From Rhodospirillales bacterium (GTDB taxonomy: Bacteria; Pseudomonadota; Alphaproteobacteria; Rhodospirillales; UBA2165), in the NCBI GenBank assembly GCA_046582495.1, contig JAYGEG010000067.1:13666-77665 (forward strand): a DNA stretch of 64,000 nt, written 5' to 3'. This document shows, in pieces, positions 9,703 to 17,726 of this stretch (positions are counted from its first letter, which is position 1; the number at the start of each line of letters is the position of its first letter). Both the position numbers and the translations under genes were made by a program. The notes beneath the pieces are model-generated. The model did no database searches and was not told where the DNA came from. It saw only the letters and a list, made by a program, of their open reading frames with translations.

Positions 9703-10359
9703 TATTTTTTCGAGGGCGACCACGTTTTCCAGAAGAAAACTTTAGTCCAAAACTTTCTTGCAGCATTCCAAGAAATTTTTCATCGCCTGCAGGAATTCCT
9801 TTATTTGTTGATGTCCGCAAAGAATTAAGGCGCGACTCACTCGGCTTGATCGACAGAAAATCCGCCCAATTACCTATTCTTTCTGCCAACGACGATTGAA
9901 CAACCATATCATCCCGGCATTGCCCCAAATGTGTCGGAGCACTGCTCCAGTTCCATTCATTGGCATATTTTACTAAATTCGAACGAACGGGGTTTTGTTC
10001 CACATAGCGCATAGCGGACAATGTATGGGCTTCGTCCATAACACAGGAATAAAATCGCTCCTGCCAAAGATGACCCGTCCAATCCATGCGTTTATTGATC
10101 ATTCTTGAATAGCGCCGATGAACCTGCCCGACCATTGAACTCAAACCATCAGATGTTGATGGGACTACAATGAGGTGAACATGATTGGGCATTAAGCAAT
10201 AAGCCCAAATTGCAATATCTCTTCGTTGGCACCATTCTGCCAACAATAATTTATAAGCTTGATAATCTCCGGGACCAAAAAAGTCTGTTGCCGCCGTGTA
10301 CCCCGTTGAGTTACGTGGTGCGGCATTCCGGGAACAATAAGGCGTGGGTTACGTGGCAT
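9698..10359 (-). mobile_element. REP-associated tyrosine transposase (RAYT, IS200/IS605 TnpA-like HUH enzyme), reading frame broken by a 1-nt frameshift
   Basis: The N-terminus MPRNPRLIVPGMPHHVTQRGTRRQQTF (ATG at 10359) is in one frame. FFGPGDYQAYKLLLAEWCQRRDIAIWAYCLMPNHVHLIV...MRYVEQNPVR is in another. That second part carries the HUH motif HVH and a Tyr-helix region. The two frames join at the A6 run 10277-10282. Confidence 0.85.
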
Positions 10360-10412
10360 GTAGTTAATATGCAGGGCCTAGAGGGCATTTTTCCACGCTT
10401 TGAGAAATTTAA

Positions 10413-10452
10413 TTGTAATAAAGGTTCCAGGAACCTTTATTACAATGTTAAC
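10413..10452 (+). repeat. REP element copy 2
   Basis: 40 nt identical to 9663-9702 and in the same orientation. It lies 54 nt upstream of the RAYT start and 3 nt after the methyltransferase stop. Confidence 0.9.
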
Positions 10453-10454
10453 AA

Positions 10455-11246
10455 TTACCCCGGTTTGAACGCCAAAAAAGCGTAGCCGTAGACTTCGAAG
10501 GCACGGGCGTTTGGCTCACCGCCGGCGCCGCCAAAGGTGTCTATCGGATCACCAATATCGACATTCACAAAGCCCGTGTCTTCCAACATTTTCTGCCAAC
10601 CTGCACACGGCAGGCCACCGGCAATTCAGGCGGTCCAGAGGTCAATGTTGTTGAGGGCGCCCTCCGGGACCGGTTTGCCATTGGCAATGTCGGCAAATTG
10701 CAGCCGGCCTCCTGGCCTGAGCACTCGGTAGGCTTCGCTAAAAACCCCCTGCTTGTCGGAGCAGAGATTAAAAACGCCGTTGCTGATGAGAATGTCTGCC
10801 CAACCATCTTCAACCGGCATCTCTTCCAACAGACCTTCGCGGAATTCAACATGATCGAGTTCCATGGCGACGGCCGTCACGCGAGACTTTTCGAGCATTT
10901 CTTCGGTCATATCGATGCCAATCACTTTACCCGATGGCCCGACCTGAGCAGCCGCGACAAACGAATCAAATCCGGCACCTGATCCCGCATCAACAATTTT
11001 AGCACCTTCTTCCAAAGGCATCATCGAATGCGGATTGGCAACGCCGGCAAATGATTCGACCGCTGCATCCGGCATCGGATCGACAATGGCCGCGTCATAC
11101 CCCAAGCGATGCGCCAAATAGCGCCCGGTATGAAAATGAAATTCGCCATCCGGGTCAGTCGCGACTTCCCGGTATTTTTCTTTGACTTGCTCCCGAAGCT
11201 CATCAGGATCAACCGATGGTTCAAAATTTGGTGCATCTTTTGGCAT
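10455..11246 (-). CDS. ArsM/UbiE-like class I SAM-dependent methyltransferase with an internal in-frame TGA (Sec candidate or nonsense mutation)
   Basis: SAM motif IVDAGSGAGFD. The ORF stops at TGA 10628-10626 after ...NNIDLWTA. The same frame then continues IAGGLPCAGWQKMLEDTGFVNVDIGDPIDTFGGAGGEPNARAFEVYGYAFLAFKPG* to the TAA at 10457-10455. Confidence 0.7.
10598..10616 (-). promoter_or_regulatory. candidate bacterial SECIS-like hairpin downstream of the in-frame UGA
   Basis: The mRNA reads UGA-AUUGCCGGU-GGCCUGC-CGUGU-GCAGGUU. This is a 7-bp stem (2 G-U pairs) and a 5-nt loop containing G. The loop begins about 17 nt after the UGA. Confidence 0.3.
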
Positions 11247-11370
11247 AAAATTCTCCCGTTGCTTACCAGCAAGTATGCCATATTTTGAGCCTCAACGGGG
11301 GGCCATTCGTTAAATATTTATGAACGAAGCAAAAGAATCAAAAAATATTTACAAACAGGCCAACTAAGTA

Positions 11371-11439
11371 TTGACCCAAATTTCAATTAGCCTACTATAT
11401 CTAGTGGTCGATGGGCCATCTTGACGACATATATGGGAT
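11371..11439 (+). promoter_or_regulatory. putative nrdAB promoter with two NrdR-box-like sites
   Basis: TTGACC (11371-76), a 16-nt spacer, then TACTAT (11393-98). Box 1 is CTACTATATCTAGTGG (11392-11407). The weaker box 2 is ACGACATATATGGGAT (11424-11439). The box centres are 32 bp apart. Confidence 0.45.
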
Positions 11440-11750
11440 CAAGAGGCACATGGGGAGCCGATCGGGAAGTGGGAGACATCATCCAACACCGGTTTTACCT
11501 AAGGATTTCAAGTGGTTAGCGCCATATTTACGAAGTCAGCGCACTATTTATTTCGACACCCCCGTTCACATGGGCCATCGAAATAGGTCAGGGGATAGTC
11601 GTTTTAAGGTCTGCTCATCCATACCAAAGACCAAACCGTCAGGAAGGACGGATTAATAGGGGCATGCGATCCTCAGCTTTGAGATCACCGTCATATCAAT
11701 CCAGCTTCTTGGTTAATGCGAACCAGCAAAGTAACGGAGGTCTCTAAATA

Positions 11751-13607
11751 ATGGATGGCAATATGCTGGATTCAATCCAAACGACAAAAGGTCCGCGTGT
11801 AAAAACAGACAGCGAGCGGGACGTCAATCTCACCGATTTTGGCAAGGCTGTTTTAGAAGATCGTTACTTACTCCCCGACGAAAGCTACCAAGATTTATTT
11901 GCCCGCGTTGCCAGTACTTACGGCGATGACGATGAGCACGCCCAGCGCATTTATTCCTATATGAGCAATCTTTGGTTCATGGCCGCAACACCCGTTCTCA
12001 GTAATGGTGGTGCCGGACGCGGATTGCCGATCTCGTGCTTCTTAAACGAAACCAGTGATAGCCTGGACGGCATTGTTGCCCTTTGGACCGAAAATGTTTG
12101 GCTCGCCTCCAGCGGCGGCGGCATTGGCAGCTATTGGGGCAATCTGCGCTCTATCGGCGAACAGGTCGGCCTGGCCGGCGGCAAAACCTCGGGCGTAATT
12201 CCGTTTATTCGGGTGATGGATTCTTTGACGCTTGCGATCAGTCAAGGCTCGCTGCGCCGCGGCTCGGCGGCGGTCTACCTTCCGGTCAACCACCCCGAAA
12301 TTGAAGAATTTATTGAACTACGCCGACCAACTGGCGGCGATCCCAACCGTAAAACGCCCAACCTCCACCACGGCGTTTTGATCTCGGACGCGTTTATGCG
12401 GGCGGTTGAAAATGATGAAGAATGGGCTTTGTTGAGCCCGAAAGATCAGGCTCCTGTGCGCAAAGTTACTGCGCGTTCAATTTGGATCCGGCTTTTGACC
12501 GCACGTGTCGAAGTCGGTGAGCCATATCTGATCTTCTCGGATACCGTCAATAAAGCGATGCCGGAACATCACAAACTTGCCGGCCTGACGGTTAAGACAT
12601 CAAACCTCTGCAGCGAAATCACCCTGCCGACCGGTACCGATCATCTCGGCAATGAGCGCACAGCGGTTTGCTGTTTGTCCTCGCTCAATTTGGAAAAATA
12701 TAGCGAGTGGAAAGATGATCCAGTCTTCATTGAAGATATCATGCGTTTCTTAGATAATGTTCTGCAGGATTTCATCGACCGCGCGCCGGACAATATGGCA
12801 AAAGCAAAATACTCAGCCATGCGGGAACGCTCTGTTGGTCTCGGCGCGATGGGTTTCCATTCCTTCCTGCAAGCCAACATGGTGCCGTTCGAAAGCGCCA
12901 TGGCAAAAGCCTGGAATTTGAAAATTTTTCGCCACATTCAAGCCGGCGTCGATGCCGCCTCTCAATCTATCGCAGAAGAACGCGGCGCCTGTCCCGATGC
13001 CGCCGATTACGGCATGAAGGAGCGTTTCTCTAACAAAACAGCAATCGCGCCGACGGCTTCAATTTCGATAATTTGCGGCGGTGCCAGCCCTGGCATTGAG
13101 CCAATTAGCGGCAATAGCTACATGCACAAAACGCTGTCCGGTTCCTTCAATGTGCGCAACCGTCATCTCACCGCTTTGCTGGAAGAAAAAGGCTGCAATG
13201 ACGAAGAGACTTGGAGTTCCATTACCGTCAAAGAAGGCTCGGTTCAGCATTTGGATTGCCTGACCCAAGATGAAAAGGATGTATTTAAAACCGCGTTTGA
13301 GTTGGATCAACGCTGGGTGATTGAGCTCGCAGCCGACCGCACGCCTTATATTGATCAGGCGCAATCGGTGAACGTCTTCTTGCCGGCAGATGTCCACAAA
13401 CGCGATCTCCACCAAATTCACTTTACCGCCTGGAAGCGCGGCATGAAGAGTCTTTATTATTGTCGCTCCAAATCAATCCAACGGGCCGAAGATGTCTCAA
13501 CCAAAGACGCAGGCTTCGAGAGCGCCAATGATGCGATTGCAATCGAGCAGCCATTAGCTGCATCAAGTGAATCAACAGATTACGAAGAATGCTTGGCCTG
13601 TCAGTAG
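11751..13607 (+). CDS. nrdA: ribonucleoside-diphosphate reductase alpha subunit (short class I type)
   Basis: 618-aa ORF with RNR catalytic-core motifs (LSNGG, SNLCSEI, C-terminal CLAC pair). It is followed by nrdB. Confidence 0.9.
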   Translation: MDGNMLDSIQTTKGPRVKTDSERDVNLTDFGKAVLEDRYLLPDESYQDLFARVASTYGDDDEHAQRIYSYMSNLWFMAATPVLSNGGAGRGLPISCFLNETSDSLDGIVALWTENVWLASSGGGIGSYWGNLRSIGEQVGLAGGKTSGVIPFIRVMDSLTLAISQGSLRRGSAAVYLPVNHPEIEEFIELRRPTGGDPNRKTPNLHHGVLISDAFMRAVENDEEWALLSPKDQAPVRKVTARSIWIRLLTARVEVGEPYLIFSDTVNKAMPEHHKLAGLTVKTSNLCSEITLPTGTDHLGNERTAVCCLSSLNLEKYSEWKDDPVFIEDIMRFLDNVLQDFIDRAPDNMAKAKYSAMRERSVGLGAMGFHSFLQANMVPFESAMAKAWNLKIFRHIQAGVDAASQSIAEERGACPDAADYGMKERFSNKTAIAPTASISIICGGASPGIEPISGNSYMHKTLSGSFNVRNRHLTALLEEKGCNDEETWSSITVKEGSVQHLDCLTQDEKDVFKTAFELDQRWVIELAADRTPYIDQAQSVNVFLPADVHKRDLHQIHFTAWKRGMKSLYYCRSKSIQRAEDVSTKDAGFESANDAIAIEQPLAASSESTDYEECLACQ

Positions 13608-13655
13608 AACAGGCGTTACGATCCCTAAAATAGGGTGGGTGAGGAATAAAAATAA

Positions 13656-14615
13656 ATGTCGTTATTAGACGCTAATCCGGTTTACAAACCGTTCGAATAT
13701 CCCTGGTGCTATGATGCCTGGTTAATCCAGCAACAAGTTCATTGGTTGCCGGAAGAAGTGCCTTTGGCGGACGATGTCAAAGATTGGCATCACAAGCTTT
13801 CAGAATCTGAACAACATCTCATGACCCAGATTTTCCGCTTCTTCACCCAGTCGGATATCGAGGTTAACAATTGTTATATGAAACATTACGCGCAGGTGTT
13901 TCAGCCTACCGAAGTGCAAATGATGCTGGCGGCATTCTCCAACATCGAAACCGTACATATCGCTGCTTATTCCCATTTGCTTGATACCATCGGCATGCCG
14001 GAAACAGAATATTCGGCCTTCCTTCAATACAAAGAAATGAAGGATAAGTTCGATTACATGCAGGGTTTCAATGTCGATTCCAAAGCCGATATTGCCCGCA
14101 CCCTTGCCGTATTCGGTGCCTTTACCGAAGGCCTGCAATTGTTTGCCAGTTTTGCCATGTTATTGAATTTCCCGCGCTTCAACAAAATGAAGGGCATGGG
14201 CCAGATTGTTACCTGGTCAGTCCGGGATGAAAGCCTGCATTGCCAATCAACGATTAGATTGTTCAAGACGTTTTTATCTGAGAACCCGGAAATCAATACA
14301 CCGGAATTGGAACGAGACCTCTACAAGTCCTGTGAGACCATCGTTACCCATGAAGACGCCTTTATTGATTTGGCCTTTGGTCTGGGGCCGGTAGAAGGAC
14401 TGACGGCGGCGGATGTTAAATCCTATATTCGCTACATTGCTGACCGCCGATTATCGCAGCTCGGCCTTCAACCAATCTATCAAATCGAAAAACACCCGCT
14501 GCCCTGGCTGGACGCTATGCTTAATGCCGTTGAGCACGCCAATTTCTTTGAAAATAAAGCGACCGAATACTCCAAAGCAGCAACTCAAGGCACTTGGGAA
14601 GAAGCTTTCGATTAG
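13656..14615 (+). CDS. nrdB: ribonucleoside-diphosphate reductase beta subunit
   Basis: 319-aa ferritin-like di-iron R2 protein with a C-terminal acidic tail ending WEEAFD. Confidence 0.9.
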   Translation: MSLLDANPVYKPFEYPWCYDAWLIQQQVHWLPEEVPLADDVKDWHHKLSESEQHLMTQIFRFFTQSDIEVNNCYMKHYAQVFQPTEVQMMLAAFSNIETVHIAAYSHLLDTIGMPETEYSAFLQYKEMKDKFDYMQGFNVDSKADIARTLAVFGAFTEGLQLFASFAMLLNFPRFNKMKGMGQIVTWSVRDESLHCQSTIRLFKTFLSENPEINTPELERDLYKSCETIVTHEDAFIDLAFGLGPVEGLTAADVKSYIRYIADRRLSQLGLQPIYQIEKHPLPWLDAMLNAVEHANFFENKATEYSKAATQGTWEEAFD

Positions 14616-15112
14616 TTTCTTTTGATCGCTGATCGGATGGTCGACACCAACTGCTCGTTACTGGTGAGCGATTTAACCAGCGTCGCTTTGATGTCATCAG
14701 AGGCTGTCGAGAATTTTATTTCCTTCGCTGAAAATACGATAAAGGGCGGCGCAGCTAATTCGGATTCATGCGCCACAGCAAACAAATCTTCGCCCGCCCC
14801 ATCCGGCAACATCAAATCAAGCACCACCAGATCGAAACTGCGGGTACGCAAATAATTTTTGCCCTCCGCCAAACTCGCCGCCAACGTGACAGTTGCCACA
14901 TCCTCAACCAGGGTTGAAACGACGCGCGCAACATCCAAATTATCTTCAACATGAAGGATTTGGGGTTTAGCCGCCGCCCCGGTTTGAATAGCACGGTGCA
15001 ATGCCCGGTTTAGATATTCATGATCAATCGGCTTTTGAATCCAATCTATGATCCCAAAGGCATGGCCATTTAGCTCATTTTTGCCTTCGACAGCCTTGGC
15101 TGAAACCACCAC
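14612..15112 (-). pseudogene. 5'-truncated remnant of a multi-receiver signalling protein (tail of one REC domain plus one complete REC domain)
   Basis: TRDLPIVVVSAKA...IDWIQKPID is the end of a receiver domain. KPQILHVEDN...DLVVLDLMLPDG...IVFSA...LVKS is a full second receiver. There is no ATG, no RBS and no upstream kinase, and an in-frame stop lies about 25 codons upstream. Confidence 0.5.
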
Positions 15113-15418
15113 AATCGGGAGATCTCGAGTAGAACCAACAATTTTCGAGATCGACCCAAGCCAGATCGACCAACGGGCCTATCACCTGGAGCTTCGCCGC
15201 GTTGCTTGCAAAACCCGAAGAGAAATGTTTCGCAATCTCTGGAATAAAATTGCACGTTCCTTAAAATCTCCCCAGTTTGTCGAAAATCGATTAGCCAAAG
15301 AACAACAGCTCAAAGATACGTATCTCGAAAAAATCGAGAACGAAGCGCCGACGTATATCAAAGGCTGGATAAAATCCGGTGGTTGGTAAGCTAATAATCA
15401 ATTAATCGGGGATACCAA

Positions 15419-16155
15419 ATGTTTACAGAAGTATTAGATCAAAGCCTTGCCATCGCTGCTATTGTCGCTTTTGTCAGCGCCATGATCCAAGGCTATTCCG
15501 GTTTTGGCGGCGGTCTCGTCATCATTCCTATCTTAGCTGTTTTATGGGGGCCCATTGAAGCAATAGCCATCACCGCCGCAGCCGCCCTTATTGGCAATTT
15601 TTTGCTCTGGCCGGAAGCTGTGAAAAAAGCGAATTGGGCGGAAGCCGCACCACTTTCAATCGCCCTCGCCATCTCGATTCCACTGAGTTTACTTTTTTTG
15701 GTGTCCGCCGATCCTGTGATTATTCGGCGTGGCATGGGTGTTTTTATCCTCGTCGCAGCATTTATCTTAATGAGCGGCTGGACCTATTCCGGCAAGCGAA
15801 ATGTTGTTGCCAGTGCCACGGCGGGCGCTTTGGCCGGCGGCATAACAGGCGGTTTTGGCATTCCTGGAGGACCTTTTTTGTCATTTATTATCTTTCATCA
15901 CCCGACGCGCCACCCGTTCAGCGCGCTAATATTATTGTTTCGGTCGCCGTGGCAATCGTATTTTTACTAGTTGGGATGATCGTCGAAGGTGCTTATACTG
16001 AGGCAACAATTGCGCGCACCATTATTGTCGTACCACTTTTTATCCTAGGTGCCTGGTGTGGACGAACATTGTTTACAATCGCCCCGTTCGCTTGGTTCAA
16101 AAAAATAACCTACGCCATTCTTATTGCGACGGGCGTATCGATCCTGGCGATTTAA
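15419..16155 (+). pseudogene. TauE/SafE (DUF81) family anion exporter, frameshifted
   Basis: The first ORF (15419..) ends its homology at ...GGFGIPGGPF. The second ORF (..16155) continues FVIYYLSSPDAPPVQRANIIVSVAV... The switch is at the T6 run 15874-15879. Confidence 0.8.
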
Positions 16156-16205
16156 AATTTAATTGCTTTCCTTTCGAATGCGGATTTTTGGCGTTATGTT
16201 AGGCT

Positions 16206-16676
16206 ATGATCCATGAAACCATAGCCGAACTAGCCGATAGCCTGCCGCCTAAACAGCGCTTTCTGGGGCTTGATGTCGGCTCCAAGACCATTGGACTTGC
16301 TGTTTCTGACAGTGATTTAAAAGTCGCAACAGCGATCGATACAATCCGGCGCTCTAAATTCACCAAAGATTTTGAGCTTCTCACAGAGATCATTGAGGGG
16401 CGCGACATTGGTGGTCTGATCATTGGACTGCCGGTGAGCATGGATGGCACTGAAGGCCCCGCTTGCCAATCTATCCGCCAATTCGGCACCAACATACTGG
16501 ATCGCATGGACATCAACATTGCCTTCTGGGATGAACGATTATCAACCTCCGCGGTTCAGCGGTTTCTGACCGACGAAGCAGATATGACTCGCAAGCGACG
16601 GGGAGAAGTGGTTGATAAATTAGCTGCCGCCTACATATTGCAAGGCGCACTTGATTCGCTTCAGAACAACAATTGA
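16206..16676 (+). CDS. ruvX: YqgF/RuvX putative pre-16S rRNA nuclease / Holliday junction resolvase-like protein
   Basis: FLGLDVGSKTIGLAVSD...GLPVSMDG...DERLST, the classic YqgF motifs. Confidence 0.9.
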   Translation: MIHETIAELADSLPPKQRFLGLDVGSKTIGLAVSDSDLKVATAIDTIRRSKFTKDFELLTEIIEGRDIGGLIIGLPVSMDGTEGPACQSIRQFGTNILDRMDINIAFWDERLSTSAVQRFLTDEADMTRKRRGEVVDKLAAAYILQGALDSLQNNN

Positions 16677-16754
16677 TAGTCCGCTGAAATAAAAGCAAAA
16701 AATCCTAAATTGGAGACTTGCCCATTTCAAAAGTCGTCCCTATAGTGCGCCTTT

Positions 16755-17726
16755 ATGGCAAACAGCCCTAAAAAATCCCCCTATCCGCACCGCCATCTCC
16801 TAGGCATTGAAGGCCTATCCGTCCAGGAAATCTCCCATATTCTTCAGAAATCTGATGAATATGTCGGACAGAATCGCCAGACAGATAAGAAAGTTGACGT
16901 GCTGCGCGGGCGAACGGTTATCAATTTATTCTTTGAAGATTCAACCAGAACCCGCACATCTTTCGAGCTGGCCGGTAAACGTCTAAGCGCTGACGTCATT
17001 AATATGACGGTGCAAAGTTCCTCGGTGAATAAAGGTGAGACGCTAATCGATACAGCTTCTACCTTGAACGCCATGCACCCGGATGTACTGGTCGTACGCC
17101 ATGGACAATCAGGTGCAGTCCAGCTGTTATCCGAAAAGGTTAATTGTGCGGTCATAAATGCCGGCGACGGCAGTCACGAGCATCCCACTCAAGCCCTCCT
17201 CGATGCTCTCACCATTCAACGGCGCCGCGGCAAGCTTGAAGGCCTCAAAATAGCGATTTGCGGTGACATTTTGCACTCACGGGTCGCCAGATCGAACATC
17301 TACTTGCTGATGACAATGGGCGCTCAGGTAAATTTGGTCGCGCCGATGACCTTGCTGCCGACAGGCGCAGAAAATTGGGGCGTCAAGGTTTTCAACAACA
17401 TGAAGGAAGGTCTCAAAGACTGCGACATTGTAATGATGCTGCGTCTGCAAAATGAACGCATGCAAGGCAACTTCTTTCCCTCGGTTCGCGAATATTTCCA
17501 TTTCTTCGGCCTCGATTATGAAAAACTCTCTGTGGCAAAACCGGACGCCTTGATCATGCATCCGGGACCCGCAAACCGAGGTGTCGAGATCGATTCAGAA
17601 GTAGCCGACGATTACAGCCGCAGCGTCATCCGCGAGCAAGTTGAGATGGGTGTCGCGGTTCGCATGGCCTGTCTCGATATATTGTCCAATAACCTTCAGT
17701 TAGAAATGCAGGAGGCAGCAAATTGA
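16755..17726 (+). CDS. pyrB: aspartate carbamoyltransferase catalytic subunit
   Basis: STRTR and HPTQ motifs, 323 aa. Confidence 0.95.
   Translation: MANSPKKSPYPHRHLLGIEGLSVQEISHILQKSDEYVGQNRQTDKKVDVLRGRTVINLFFEDSTRTRTSFELAGKRLSADVINMTVQSSSVNKGETLIDTASTLNAMHPDVLVVRHGQSGAVQLLSEKVNCAVINAGDGSHEHPTQALLDALTIQRRRGKLEGLKIAICGDILHSRVARSNIYLLMTMGAQVNLVAPMTLLPTGAENWGVKVFNNMKEGLKDCDIVMMLRLQNERMQGNFFPSVREYFHFFGLDYEKLSVAKPDALIMHPGPANRGVEIDSEVADDYSRSVIREQVEMGVAVRMACLDILSNNLQLEMQEAAN

Noticed and set aside
11440-11750. Possible cobalamin riboswitch in the nrdA leader (GGGAAGT...CATCATCC is reminiscent of the E. coli btuB element)
   Set aside because: There is no B12 box (GCCACUG / AGYCMGGgAgaCCkGCC-like) and no GGUG..AAUCC core. 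The resemblance is limited to one short string.
15225-15389. Possible 54-aa ORF (MFRNLWNKIARSLKSPQFVENRLAKEQQLK...) upstream of the TauE gene
   Set aside because: It has only a weak RBS and no recognisable family. It lies in DNA adjacent to a truncation scar and cannot be supported from sequence alone.
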